Position numbers and translations under genes: made by a program. Shown piece after piece: positions 16,065 to 25,475 of a stretch of 30,962 nucleotides of DNA. The notes under the pieces were generated by a model. That model saw nothing but the letters and a program-made list of their open reading frames with translations. It was not told the origin of the DNA and searched no databases. The DNA is taken from the UHGV virus genome UHGV-1558343; one strand, given 5' to 3'. Numbering within the stretch: the first letter of the stretch is position 1; the number at the start of each line of letters is the position of its first letter. The DNA comes from a virus.

Positions 16065-16648
16065 CAGTAAGTTTTAATTACAATAGTGATGGCTCTGTAT
16101 CAATTAACTCACCATATGCAAATGACCTATTGAAAGAATTAGTTAATCAGTGTGATAGAGGTCTTCACTATGTCCCAAATTCTTTTAAACAGAAGACTAT
16201 TGCTAATAACTTGATGCGTGTAACAGTAACGGCATCGAATCCAAATTATGACTTTGATAGTGAAAGTCCGTACTCATTAGTTGCGCTTGGAGAGAGCAGC
16301 CAATTCAAACTTGTTTGCCACGACTCAGAAATATTTCTTAAGGTATTTTCCAACCTTACCCATAATAATAAGTACAGCTACGTTGATGGTAGTGTAAACT
16401 TCTATCCAGCAAACTATACATGTTTGTTGGTTGATAATATGAGAAAAAGTAAGCAAGAGCCTACAGAAATTTCATTTGATGTGAACTCTAGTCCAGATGC
16501 AGAAACAAGTAAGAACTTTGATATGAGTTACGCATTGTCACTCAGTAAGAAATCCGAGTTCATTGATTATGTCAATGGATTTGGTTTTAAGTTTGATGAG
16601 AGTATGAATCTTAAAAAACTTAAGAACCTACTTAAGACCAAAGCTTAA
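16058..16648 (+). CDS. hypothetical protein
   Basis: 196 aa ORF with AGGAGA SD. Confidence 0.6.
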   Translation: MLTVSFNYNSDGSVSINSPYANDLLKELVNQCDRGLHYVPNSFKQKTIANNLMRVTVTASNPNYDFDSESPYSLVALGESSQFKLVCHDSEIFLKVFSNLTHNNKYSYVDGSVNFYPANYTCLLVDNMRKSKQEPTEISFDVNSSPDAETSKNFDMSYALSLSKKSEFIDYVNGFGFKFDESMNLKKLKNLLKTKA

Positions 16649-16695
16649 GTGTGAATAGGGGCTGATGCCCCTTTAACTATTTATAAGGATATTTA

Positions 16696-17067
16696 ATGAA
16701 GGCTAAGAGTGCAAAAGACTTTTATTGCTTCCTACAATCCTATATCAATTCCGTGCAAAATGGTGAAAGGTACAACCTTAATGATGTTATCCCAACACCT
16801 TTGACATGGAGACTCAGTAAATGGCCTGAAGAAGATATTACACCAACAAGCGAACAACGCACCTACAAACCTGAAATCAATATTCCAGATTCTGAGAATC
16901 TATTATATCCAATGTTCCGTATTGTTGGTCTTGGAAGATTCCTTATGGATATCCAGTATGTAATCGGTAAAGGTTATAAGGTTAAAGGTATTGTTGTTGG
17001 TGATGTATCTCCGCATCACAAAGGTTATTTTAGACTAAACGCACATTTAGAGGCTAAAAAGAAATGA
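16696..17067 (+). CDS. hypothetical protein, paralog of the N-terminal domain of the next gene
   Basis: 123 aa; shares an alignable domain with 17064..17696 (KAK..DF..F...I..V..G.RY ... LLY ... F.MD.QY.I..G). Confidence 0.6.
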   Translation: MKAKSAKDFYCFLQSYINSVQNGERYNLNDVIPTPLTWRLSKWPEEDITPTSEQRTYKPEINIPDSENLLYPMFRIVGLGRFLMDIQYVIGKGYKVKGIVVGDVSPHHKGYFRLNAHLEAKKK

Positions 17068-17696
17068 TTAAAGCAAAGACTTACCCAGACTTCAAAGAGT
17101 TTGTGAAGGGCTTCATTGCAAATGTAAAGGCTGGTAAGAGATATGATTTTAGAACATATCAAGAGGCTATTTTACCACTTACCTATAGTTCATATTGGCC
17201 TGAAGCTGATATTGCAGAAGTTGAGAAGTTTGACTACAAACCAGACTATAAAGTCCCATTTAGTAATGAGTTGCTTTACAGTGTTGGTGCACAGATGAGA
17301 ACTGCTGATTTCTTCATGGATTTGCAGTATGCAATTATCAATGGTAAAGACGTTGATACAGTTTATTGTGAATGGTTGGCAAGAGTTAAGCCCTTCTCAA
17401 TGCTGAATGCTAAGCTGAAGGATGCTATCAAGCCACCATCAATCACTCAGCAACCAACCAATCAAACAGTCAATGAGGGTGGCACACTTACTCTAAGCAT
17501 TCTAGCAACTAACGCCACTGGATATCAGTGGAAAAAGGATGGTGAGGACATCCCTAGTGCCAATTCTGCAACTTACACAAAACAGTCAGTAGCACCTTCT
17601 GACGCTGGTTCATACACTTGTGTTGTAACAGGTGCAGGTGGCTCTGTAACATCTAATGCAGCAACAGTTACAGTTAACCCAGTAGGAGGGGTATAA
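17064..17696 (+). CDS. hypothetical protein with C-terminal Ig-like domain
   Basis: 210 aa; C-terminal segment PSITQQPTNQTVNEGGTLTLS ... GYQWKKDGEDI ... DAGSYTCVV ... TVTVNP matches Ig-like strand pattern; overlaps flanking genes. Confidence 0.65.
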   Translation: MIKAKTYPDFKEFVKGFIANVKAGKRYDFRTYQEAILPLTYSSYWPEADIAEVEKFDYKPDYKVPFSNELLYSVGAQMRTADFFMDLQYAIINGKDVDTVYCEWLARVKPFSMLNAKLKDAIKPPSITQQPTNQTVNEGGTLTLSILATNATGYQWKKDGEDIPSANSATYTKQSVAPSDAGSYTCVVTGAGGSVTSNAATVTVNPVGGV

Positions 17697-18160
17697 TGCA
17701 ACTCTCAAGAAAAGGTTTAGAAGCTATTAAGTTCTTTGAAGGTCTTAAGCTGGAGGCTTACGAAGATTCTGCTGGAATCCCCACAATTGGGTATGGGACT
17801 ATCCGTATTGCTGGTAAACCTGTTAAGATGGGTATGAAAATTACTGCTGAACAAGCTGAACAGTATCTTCTTGCAGATGTTGAAAAGTTCGTTGCAGCAG
17901 TTAACAAAGCCATCAAGGTTCCAACTTCTCAGAATGAGTTTGATGCACTTGTAAGTGAAACATACAACATTGGTATCACGGCTATGCAGGACTCTACATT
18001 TATCAAGCGCCACAACGATGGTAATAAGGTAGGTTGTGCAGAAGCTATGCAGTGGTGGAACAAGGTTACAGTCAAAGGTAAGAAGGTCACTTCAAACGGA
18101 CTGAAAAACAGACGTAGAATGGAAGCTGACATTTATCTTGACAGTGTATATCCAAAGTAA
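17696..18160 (+). CDS. lysozyme / endolysin (T4 lysozyme-like, GH24)
   Basis: 154 aa; N-terminal EGLKLEAYEDSAGIPTIGYGT matches the T4-lysozyme catalytic Glu/Asp/Thr region; AGGAGG SD. Confidence 0.85.
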   Translation: MQLSRKGLEAIKFFEGLKLEAYEDSAGIPTIGYGTIRIAGKPVKMGMKITAEQAEQYLLADVEKFVAAVNKAIKVPTSQNEFDALVSETYNIGITAMQDSTFIKRHNDGNKVGCAEAMQWWNKVTVKGKKVTSNGLKNRRRMEADIYLDSVYPK

Positions 18161-18169
18161 TATCTTCAT

Positions 18170-18196
18170 AGGCTCCTTCGGGAGCCTTTTTATTTT
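18170..18196 (+). terminator. rho-independent terminator after lysozyme gene
   Basis: AGGCTCC-TTCG-GGAGCCT stem-loop followed by TTTTTATTTT. Confidence 0.85.
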
Positions 18197-18210
18197 CTAA
18201 GGAGAAAACT

Positions 18211-18609
18211 ATGAAACTTTGGGCTAGTGACTTTGGAACTTTTAAGTACACTCGTAATGGTTCTCTTGTACGCATTGTTGGAAGCAATGTAGTTTCAAGA
18301 GGTGACAAGGTGTATACACGGTTTACTGTAGAACTTGTTAAACTCTCACCTATTGAATCTGCTAACAACGGCCTGTTCAAGTTTGAGACTTACCATGTAA
18401 ATGAACACGGGCAGTTTAACACTTTAGGTGAAAGTGGCCTTGATATTATTTCAGAACACCCATTGACAAGAGAGCAGCTTGCGAGTTACTATAAAACAGT
18501 TCTTGAAAGAACTTTGGCAATACATGAGAATGAGGCCAGATATCACATAGAACGCTGTGAAGTTTTAAGAGCAAAAATCGAACAAGCAGAGAGAGGTTTT
18601 TATGAATAA
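18211..18609 (+). CDS. hypothetical protein
   Basis: 132 aa ORF, AAGGAGA SD. Confidence 0.55.
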   Translation: MKLWASDFGTFKYTRNGSLVRIVGSNVVSRGDKVYTRFTVELVKLSPIESANNGLFKFETYHVNEHGQFNTLGESGLDIISEHPLTREQLASYYKTVLERTLAIHENEARYHIERCEVLRAKIEQAERGFYE

Positions 18610-18988
18610 GATTCAAGTAAAAGTTGATGTCAGTCGTTACAGCGAAAATGAAGAATTAGACCTGAAAGATGCTCTTCTCTTTGAGAAGAATGGTAATCTC
18701 CATTTGCATTTTGAAGGTACAAACACATATCTCCACAGATGTCGAGATGATGCAGATGGTTGCCCTGTTTTTGCTTGGTATAATTTAGAGTTCCCTCTTT
18801 ATGCCATCCACTACCCAGATGGTGGTGAAGACTGGACAACTCAATCAATCTTTGATGAGCTTAATGGCATTCCAGTTGAGCAAGAAGAGCAAGAGCCTGT
18901 TGAACTCACCTTCACTTTTATCAAAGAAGAGAAAGTGGGTGATTTGTCAGTAACTGAAGCAATTCAAGTCTCACAGGTTATTCGTTAA
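18602..18988 (+). CDS. hypothetical protein
   Basis: 128 aa ORF overlapping upstream gene end. Confidence 0.55.
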   Translation: MNKIQVKVDVSRYSENEELDLKDALLFEKNGNLHLHFEGTNTYLHRCRDDADGCPVFAWYNLEFPLYAIHYPDGGEDWTTQSIFDELNGIPVEQEEQEPVELTFTFIKEEKVGDLSVTEAIQVSQVIR

Positions 18989-19281
18989 TGAGTAAAGTAC
19001 AGGTTGTTTTCCCTATTTGTGACTTCTCACTAGAGCGTGAACTTGACCTGTACGAAGAAATTACTGATGAAATTATCTGGTCTGTTGTAGAAGAGGCTAT
19101 CAAGAAACTATATGGTGGCCTCTTAAACCCATCAAGTAAGAAGTTAAGTACTAAGCAAGTATCTGACCCATACGTTTCATATGATGCCTACAACAAACCT
19201 TTTGAGAATACCTGCTTTGACCTTATGGTAGGTAATAATAAAGTCAACTATTTCTTCGTCAGAGAGTTTAACGATGAGTAA
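18988..19281 (+). CDS. hypothetical protein
   Basis: 97 aa ORF, TAATG overlap with upstream gene. Confidence 0.5.
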   Translation: MSKVQVVFPICDFSLERELDLYEEITDEIIWSVVEEAIKKLYGGLLNPSSKKLSTKQVSDPYVSYDAYNKPFENTCFDLMVGNNKVNYFFVREFNDE

Positions 19282-19618
19282 GCTCCATGTCACAGTGTAC
19301 AAAAACTTCTCAGATATCAAAGAGTCTTTAACAAATAAGCTTGACTTACAACGTAAAAGACTCTTTTTAATGTACGACATAGACAACTACGACCATCCTA
19401 AAGAGTTTAACTACAAAGATGGTACAAAGGTTGTTGAGTTTGAAGATTCTGTGACGGTATATGTCAAGCATGACTTACCAGCAAAGTATATAGGAATGTT
19501 AGAGTACTACATATTCAAACATACTGGTATGCGTGGTGAATCTGTTAAGATATCTTCTATAGAAGTTTTTGAGAAACCTAACACACAACTTAAAAAGTAT
19601 TTAATGAGGAAACTGTAA
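19274..19618 (+). CDS. hypothetical protein
   Basis: 114 aa ORF overlapping neighbours. Confidence 0.5.
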   Translation: MSKLHVTVYKNFSDIKESLTNKLDLQRKRLFLMYDIDNYDHPKEFNYKDGTKVVEFEDSVTVYVKHDLPAKYIGMLEYYIFKHTGMRGESVKISSIEVFEKPNTQLKKYLMRKL

Positions 19619-20199
19619 TGTCCGAAGAGCAACAGAATATCACTCCACAAGTAACACTAGTCCAACATTTTGGAAACATTGAAGGGTGTATTGCACTTTT
19701 TCAACCAAGTATCAACTCTCCTGCAAAAGTTTGCAAGTTGACTATGAATGTCAACAATATCGGTGTTTGCCTTATTGAAGAAGTTCAATATTTCAAGTTC
19801 AATGACAGAGAGGTTGATGCCGCACTATTGAAGTATCGAGCAAACCTCGAAAAAGATATTGACCACAAAGAACTTGTAACATTGTTTGGTGACCTTCACA
19901 AGCTTCTTGAAAAGGTTATGAAGCGCACATATTACATGAACAATGGTTCAATCATCACCACTTTGATTTCACCATGTATTTCAGAGCCGATTTTAACTGA
20001 TGACGGTGGATACTACGTGGTAGCATCAGCAGATTCTGATTGGTGGATGAAGAACACAGCACTTAAGACGGTTATCGAGGCTATCCGTGAACATATTCCT
20101 TCATTCAGCCCGTGGAAAGGTAAAAGTGATGATTTCATTGCACTATTGAGTGAAGAGAGTAACAAGCGCAGTGCATTGCTGCCTAAAAAATACTCTTGA
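19618..20199 (+). CDS. hypothetical protein
   Basis: 193 aa ORF, GAGGA SD. Confidence 0.55.
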   Translation: MSEEQQNITPQVTLVQHFGNIEGCIALFQPSINSPAKVCKLTMNVNNIGVCLIEEVQYFKFNDREVDAALLKYRANLEKDIDHKELVTLFGDLHKLLEKVMKRTYYMNNGSIITTLISPCISEPILTDDGGYYVVASADSDWWMKNTALKTVIEAIREHIPSFSPWKGKSDDFIALLSEESNKRSALLPKKYS

Positions 20200-20271
20200 C
20201 CGAGTATACAACACTGACTATGATGGGAGCTATCGAGAGGTAGTTCCCTTTTTAGTTTCTGGAGAATAGAT

Positions 20272-20817
20272 ATGGCTAAAGTGAAAGAACACGATAAAAT
20301 TATTTTGTATGTTAAACAGAATCCTTCAAAGAGTGTTGAGGCTGTTGTAACACACGTCTCACACAATGGTACAGTTTATTTCCGACCACTGAAGAATTTA
20401 GACTTTGACACAACACCAAACCACACATTCAGTACTTCTGCAAGACTGTGTGCAGGGACTGTATACTCAACTGCTGAGATTGATTCCTTATCTTTCACAG
20501 GTGCTTACAAAAACTTTATAGGGATTGCTCTAAAGGACTCTGAAGAATCTTTTAAATTTTTCATGGAGACTAATAAAGGTTGCTACGCACATGTTATGCC
20601 AGTCTATAAGAAAGTTGATACAGAACTTACCAGTAAGTGCGAAGAGATTAGTAGTGACCTGAAGGAGCGTAAAACAGCTATTCAGAATGCTATTTACATC
20701 ATTGAGAGGAACCATTTAGAGGTTCTTTTCAGAGATATGCTAAAAGCAGGGTTTACCCCAAACGAAATTACAAGAGAAACACAACGCCAGTTCAGAAATG
20801 CTATGGTGAAAGAATGA
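20272..20817 (+). CDS. hypothetical protein
   Basis: 181 aa ORF, GGAGA SD. Confidence 0.55.
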   Translation: MAKVKEHDKIILYVKQNPSKSVEAVVTHVSHNGTVYFRPLKNLDFDTTPNHTFSTSARLCAGTVYSTAEIDSLSFTGAYKNFIGIALKDSEESFKFFMETNKGCYAHVMPVYKKVDTELTSKCEEISSDLKERKTAIQNAIYIIERNHLEVLFRDMLKAGFTPNEITRETQRQFRNAMVKE

Positions 20818-21032
20818 AAAAGTTAACTACAGTTGAAGATTACTACAAACTATCCCTGTTAGAGCAGTATCGTAGGAGCCAGAATATCAGAAAATGCTAT
20901 GGTAAACACGCTGAAGGTGACTTTTACCGTTGTTACGATGCAGATTTAAAAGGTGTGACACCTAGAGGGAAAGTCCTGCAAAGACTTGTTGACCTTGAGT
21001 GGAACAAACGATTGAGAGGGGTTGGAAAATGA
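20814..21032 (+). CDS. hypothetical protein
   Basis: 72 aa ORF, ATGA overlap with upstream gene. Confidence 0.5.
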   Translation: MKKLTTVEDYYKLSLLEQYRRSQNIRKCYGKHAEGDFYRCYDADLKGVTPRGKVLQRLVDLEWNKRLRGVGK

Positions 21033-21532
21033 TTTACGAAGAAAGATATAAGATAGATTTTCAGGATACTTGCCATCATACTTCTTTAAGAGTAACCAAA
21101 CCAAATGGAGATACCGGTATCATAGCACATTTTGGTGGTGATTATTGGTACGGTACAGGTTGCTTTGAAGGCTACAATCAAGAATACTTGAAAGCCTTCT
21201 ACAGAGACTTTGCAAACGACTACAACAGGGTTGTTGATGAAAAGAACAAGTGCATTAAGCATGAACACCATGCCAGAGGCTGCCTAAGTATTGTTATGGT
21301 ACTGGCGTTCTTCTTAGTAATGTTACTGGCAGTATCAGCAATCAGTTGTATAGCTCAAGACTTGACCATTACACAGATTACTGCAAAGGTACATGATATC
21401 TGGTACTTGTATACTGTTCCTTTAGCTGGTATCATCATCTCACTAATGAGATTCAGAGTTCATAAGAAACGACTTAAGGATTCTGAGGTTAAACTTGAAG
21501 AGGTAAGTAAAGAATGCAACCTACAATTATAG
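21029..21532 (+). CDS. hypothetical membrane protein
   Basis: hydrophobic segments LSIVMVLAFFLVMLLAVSAISCIA and WYLYTVPLAGIIISLM; ATG at 21029 overlaps upstream stop (ATGA), preferred over track start 20999. Confidence 0.5.
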   Translation: MIYEERYKIDFQDTCHHTSLRVTKPNGDTGIIAHFGGDYWYGTGCFEGYNQEYLKAFYRDFANDYNRVVDEKNKCIKHEHHARGCLSIVMVLAFFLVMLLAVSAISCIAQDLTITQITAKVHDIWYLYTVPLAGIIISLMRFRVHKKRLKDSEVKLEEVSKECNLQL

Positions 21533-21608
21533 CTGTATGTGTTCGTTTTGCAATCGCTGAAATGATTAATAAGGCAATCTTAAAAGATGCCTATGGAGAA
21601 ACTAAGTA

Positions 21609-21836
21609 ATGATTAAGACACCTATCCAGCCATTCGGCTTTAGCTCTCTGAACGAACTGAAAGAGCACCTTGACAAGAACTACTACAATGAACAACCTGT
21701 AACGGTTCTTAAAGCTGACCTTTCAAAACTTCTGGACATTGCTATTGAAGCTACTGTAGAATCAAAACCAGAAGTTGAGAAGAAAGCTGAAAAGAAAACG
21801 AAGAAGACTGAAAAGAAATCTGAGGATTCTGAGTAA
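21609..21836 (+). CDS. hypothetical protein with Lys/Glu-rich C-terminus
   Basis: 75 aa ORF, GGAGA SD. Confidence 0.5.
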   Translation: MIKTPIQPFGFSSLNELKEHLDKNYYNEQPVTVLKADLSKLLDIAIEATVESKPEVEKKAEKKTKKTEKKSEDSE

Positions 21837-22001
21837 AATCTTGAAGGGGTTACTTGATAGCCCCTCTTAACCAAACAAGGTAGTGAAAATGAAACTTAAA
21901 GAGATTGTTCGTAAAGCAATACTGGATAACTCTACTAAAGAAGATTTAGCTATGTCATCTGGAAATAAAACTTACTCTATACCACACTATGAAATTGTAC
22001 G

Positions 22002-22682
22002 ATGAAGAATCTTACGGGACACCTTCGCAGGATGAATTGGATGAACTTGAAAGATATGGTTCTCCTTCGGAAGAAGAAAAAGATTCATTTTGCTGAGTTG
22101 TCAAAAATCACTAAGAAGTATTTTCAGGATTTGATAGATATGGAAAAACAGTTTGAATTAGAGAGAAAGTACTTGGTACTTGACTGGAATGATGTTCAAG
22201 AAGCATTATCCAAAGAAAGCCTTAACAGACTAGAGCAGCTTATCTTATCAGTACGGCATATCAGAGAAGTTAAGAATGGTAAAGAGCCACTAAAAGGTAT
22301 CTTTGTTAAGGAGTCTTATCCGTTCTATAAAGATACTTTGCAGAAACTTGAAATGTATGTTAAACAGCAGAACCGTAAAGTGGTCACTATGGTATCTCTT
22401 GGTGGACAGAGTATGTCTGTGATGGAAGATATCAACCCTAAGAGACCGAGTAAAGGCGTTTGTATAAAAATCACAGGACATGAAGAGTATATCTCAGTTG
22501 ATGACTTTAGAGCATTCTGTAGTGGTTCTTGTGTCTTTAATGGTTTTCACTATGATATCCGAGTGTACCCAATCAAGGGAGATGATATCATGATGCAGGT
22601 ATTTGATAACAACAATGGCTTTACTCATTTTTATCAGACAACCAAGTCATCACTAAAAACAGTTCTGGAAACACTGATTTAA
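22002..22682 (+). CDS. hypothetical protein
   Basis: 226 aa ORF, last gene of the plus-strand operon. Confidence 0.55.
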   Translation: MKNLTGHLRRMNWMNLKDMVLLRKKKKIHFAELSKITKKYFQDLIDMEKQFELERKYLVLDWNDVQEALSKESLNRLEQLILSVRHIREVKNGKEPLKGIFVKESYPFYKDTLQKLEMYVKQQNRKVVTMVSLGGQSMSVMEDINPKRPSKGVCIKITGHEEYISVDDFRAFCSGSCVFNGFHYDIRVYPIKGDDIMMQVFDNNNGFTHFYQTTKSSLKTVLETLI

Positions 22683-22692
22683 AATATCTTAA

Positions 22693-22721
22693 GAGCCTCC
22701 TTAATTGGGGGGCTTTTTATT
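22693..22721 (+). terminator. rho-independent terminator ending the plus-strand operon
   Basis: GAGCCTCC ... GGGGGGCT stem followed by TTTTTATT. Confidence 0.7.
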
Positions 22722-23354
22722 GAGTAAAATTTACGAAATTTATATTTTTTTATAAAATTTTATCGGTTGTCCCAACCTCTGGGTCACCATCATATGTGAA
22801 CAAAATATCTATCCTTCTTAACAACCTTCTTAATCTTACTCTCTATATATAGTTATATAGTACTATATAGTATCTTAGTAACTATCTAGTGGTCTTAATA
22901 GCCCCTCTGTATAACCCTTCTAACTAGCCCTCTAACAAGCCTTCTAAACACTCTTCTAACAAGCCTTCTTAACAACCTATACAATCACCTTAACCATCCC
23001 TCTACACCCTCTTAGAAGCTCCTATACATCTCTTAATCTCTAGGTTACCTATGATACCCTCTATAGGTGTTCACTAGGTATTACTAAACCTCTATATAGA
23101 CTGTTTTAACAAACTTAACAGGGATATCTTTACAGACCTTATTTCACAAGGTCTAACACGGTACTAACAAGGTATCTTATAAGCCTGTTTCTACCTGTAT
23201 TTTTAAAAGACTGTATAGGTAATTATTCAGAATCTTAAAATTTTTATAAAATAGGACTATCAAGTCATTTTTTAGGGTCTTTGAAGGAACTGAAAAATAT
23301 CTGTCTAGTTGATTCGGTAGAATCTACCTCATGATGTATATCTGCTTGGTAGCC

Positions 23355-23632
23355 CTTAACAGCCCCTTAACACCCCCTTTGCAAAATTTTAAAATATCCT
23401 TAACAATCTCTTAACAGTTCTCACATCTTCTTAACAACTCTTCAAAGGTCTTAACAGATTCTTAACAGAACTAACAAGGCTGTAACAGTTTCTTAACAGT
23501 TGATACATAGTCTTTACAGATGCTTAACAGATGACTAACAAGAGCTAACAAGTTAATTTTTAAGAGTTATTTTGTTAAGATAATTAACAAGTTTCTAACA
23601 AGTGTTTAATCTTTTTAACAAGCTATTAACAT
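23355..23632. repeat. periodic array of at least 17 degenerate TCTTAACAG / CTAACAAG units spaced 10-11 bp
   Basis: runs such as tcttaacagat tcttaacagaa ctaacaaggc tgtaacagtt tcttaacagt; spacing equals one helical turn. Confidence 0.8.
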
Positions 23633-23882
23633 GGTCACTACTTCTTTCTTATCGTTCCCTTTCCTTTCTTAATTGGTATTGTTATGAGGATGCTTCATCC
23701 GAATCATCTACCAATCCCTAGTGATTCTCTAAATAGCCCTCTTAAAAGCTCTCTATAGCTCTTTATAGTCTCTTTTAAGCCTCTTCCTAGTATCTACCCC
23801 CAACTGTACAGATAGCTCTTTATAGGGCTTTACAGGAGCTTTTAAGGCTATGTCAAAGGTTCTTACAAGGCTTTTACGTGGT

Positions 23883-23990
23883 CTTAACAGAGGTTTAACA
23901 AGGGGCTAACAAGTTGCTAACAAGTGCCTTAAAAGCATAACTGTGTAGGGTTTGTTAAGAAATTGTTAAGAAAATGTTAAGGGGGCTAGA
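23883..23990. repeat. second TTAACA(A/G) cluster with inverted-orientation copies
   Basis: cttaacagaggtttaacaaggggctaacaagttgctaacaag followed by gttaagaaattgttaagaaaatgttaag (reverse orientation). Confidence 0.7.
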
Positions 23991-24360
23991 ATTTACGTAA
24001 CTTTTAAGCTACTTTTACGTAACTTTGAAGTAACTTTATAGCCCCTATAACATGCTTTTTAGTGACTAGCAAGGGGGTTGTTTAACCATTCACAAGATAC
24101 TAACCAGCCTATAAGCTTACACCCTTATAAGATTCTTTTAAGTCTCTATAAAGCCCTGTAAAGAGCTTTTTAAGATAGGTTAATGCAATCCCTTAAGTTA
24201 GGTTGATAAGGCTGTTATAGAGCGTTATAGAGCGTTTTAGGGGTTGCCCTTCCCTTTCGGGTTATGGGCTTATATTTAAGTTGATTTGATAAGAGGTTAT
24301 AGAGTAAGCTATAGAGTTATTGCTCTAAATGTCTGGTAAGAGCCTAGAAAGGGATTGTAT

Positions 24361-24390
24361 AGACGTTAAAAAGCCCCATTGAAGGGGCTT
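24361..24390 (-). terminator. hairpin followed by short U-run downstream of the last small minus-strand gene
   Basis: AAGCCCC-ATTGAA-GGGGCTT stem-loop; minus-strand transcript continues TTTAACG. Confidence 0.5.
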
Positions 24391-24443
24391 GTATAGGTTC
24401 TGGGGCTATTTGCCCGTTGCGGCGTCTTGTTAATCAAATAACT

Positions 24444-24620
24444 TTCTTGTAAGACTTGCCGGAAATGATGTAGTTAGTAACTGAATGATTTAACAAGTCT
24501 GTACCAGTGATGACTACCATTTCTTCATTTTTCTTTTCTTCATGCTCTTTTTTCATTTCTTCCCAACGTTTAGCACCAAATTTTGCAACCATACGCTGTT
24601 CAAAATTCATCTTTCAAGTC
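24444..24620 (-). CDS. hypothetical small protein (58 aa)
   Basis: ATG at 24618-24620 right after a type A cassette; translates MNFEQRMVAKFGAKRWEEMKKEHEEKKNEE...; below ORF-track size cutoff. Confidence 0.5.
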
Positions 24621-24726
24621 TCCAGTTTAGGAAGTAGTTTAAGGGCTTTATTTAGTGGGGAAGGTCATTCCCTCCCCGTTGATTAGTAATTTACTTGTTT
24701 TGATAGCTGATTGCAAGTAATTTTTT
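24621..24726 (-). promoter_or_regulatory. type A promoter/stem-loop/RBS cassette
   Basis: minus strand: TTGCAA -35 (24721-24726), 17 bp, TAAATT -10 (24698-24703), GC-rich hairpin GGGGAGGGAATGACCTTCCCC, GGAG SD, ATG. Confidence 0.7.
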
Positions 24727-24845
24727 GAGCTTATCTATAAAGAATCTTTTAAGTGAATCCCTTTTAGATAAACCCCCTCGAACAAAGTTACCAATGTCAA
24801 GGGGTATTGTCAACACTTTTTTAAAAGTTTTTTGTAAGTTATTGA

Positions 24846-25187
24846 TTAACTGATGAATATTTTTTCAGGCTTTACATAGCTGATACGCTGACTTTTTAGC
24901 AGGTCATCCCAGATTAGAGCGGCAATATGAGAGTAACCGGATTCACGTAAGAGCTTCATTGTTCTACTTCTTGTTTCAAATCGGTTTACGTAGTACTCAC
25001 TATTTAAGGTCGTTTTATTCCCTTCGTTATCTGTATGGATAATCTGCATCACTTGAAAGGGGCTTGTATCCTCACCTCTATTCCACTGTTCAAAGTATTT
25101 TAGGCACTGCATAGGTGACATCTTGTCACTAACCTGAGTTGACCAAGATGAATTCTCTTTATCGGTAATTACGGTTACATAAGCCAT
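24846..25187 (-). CDS. hypothetical protein
   Basis: 113 aa ORF with ATG and GGAG SD inside a conserved upstream cassette. Confidence 0.6.
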   Translation of the reverse strand: MAYVTVITDKENSSWSTQVSDKMSPMQCLKYFEQWNRGEDTSPFQVMQIIHTDNEGNKTTLNSEYYVNRFETRSRTMKLLRESGYSHIAALIWDDLLKSQRISYVKPEKIFIS

Positions 25188-25260
25188 TTTAGAATCTCCA
25201 GTTTAGGAAGTGAGATTGCTAGATACTTTATCTTTACTTAAAACGGTTTACAATAGATTT
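25188..25260 (-). promoter_or_regulatory. short cassette variant (promoter plus RBS, no strong hairpin)
   Basis: minus strand: TTGTAA - about 18 bp - TAAAGT then CCTAAACTGGAGATTCTAAA ATG. Confidence 0.5.
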
Positions 25261-25380
25261 TTTCTTTAAATGCAGTTTTTCTGCTTTTTTCATGGTTTTT
25301 ACTAGTAACATCATGACAAATGAGAAAATCATCTCTGAGAATACAGGGTTGTTAAAAACTGTCTCAATAGTATGCGTCAT
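25234..25380 (-). CDS. hypothetical small hydrophobic protein (48 aa)
   Basis: ATG at 25378-25380 after a type A cassette; translates MTHTIETVFNNPVFSEMIFSFVMMLLVKTMKK...; hand-translated, below ORF-track cutoff. Confidence 0.4.
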   Translation of the reverse strand: MTHTIETVFNNPVFSEMIFSFVMMLLVKTMKKAEKLHLKKKSIVNRFK

Positions 25381-25475
25381 CTTTTTGAATCTCCTAGTTT
25401 AAGGACTTTATTTAGTGGGAAGGTCATCACCTCCCCGTTGATTAGTAATTTACAGACTTTTATCAGGTTTGTCTA
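25381..25475 (-). promoter_or_regulatory. type A promoter/stem-loop/RBS cassette
   Basis: minus strand: TAGACA -35 (25470-25475), 17 bp, TAAATT -10 (25447-25452), hairpin GGGGAGGTGATGACCTTCCC, GGAG SD. Confidence 0.7.

Larger units (their letters stand above)
22726..24370. repeat. ORF-free region of about 1.65 kb built from several short tandem-repeat families; candidate origin of replication or regulatory hub
   Basis: no ORF of 60 aa or more on either strand; families include CCTTCTAACA, TATATAG, TTAACAG/CTAACAAG and TATAGAGC motifs; bounded by convergent terminators. Confidence 0.7.

Noticed and set aside
21514-22005. Two very small plus-strand ORFs (about 31 aa at 21514..21609 and about 38 aa at 21889..22005) in gaps of the plus-strand operon
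   Set aside because: Both have overlap-type coupling to the next gene but are too short and too weakly supported to call.
17717-22481. Minus-strand ORFs inside the plus-strand operon (17717..18013, 17929..18132, 18087..18380, 18630..18848, 19177..19386, 20013..20366, 20530..20715, 21086..21271, 21683..21874, 22290..22481)
   Set aside because: Antisense to a tightly coupled plus-strand gene series; no independent support.
22726-24370. CRISPR array as an explanation for the repeat-dense non-coding region
   Set aside because: Repeat units are only 8-11 bp, degenerate and tandem without unique spacers of 28-40 bp; no cas genes nearby.
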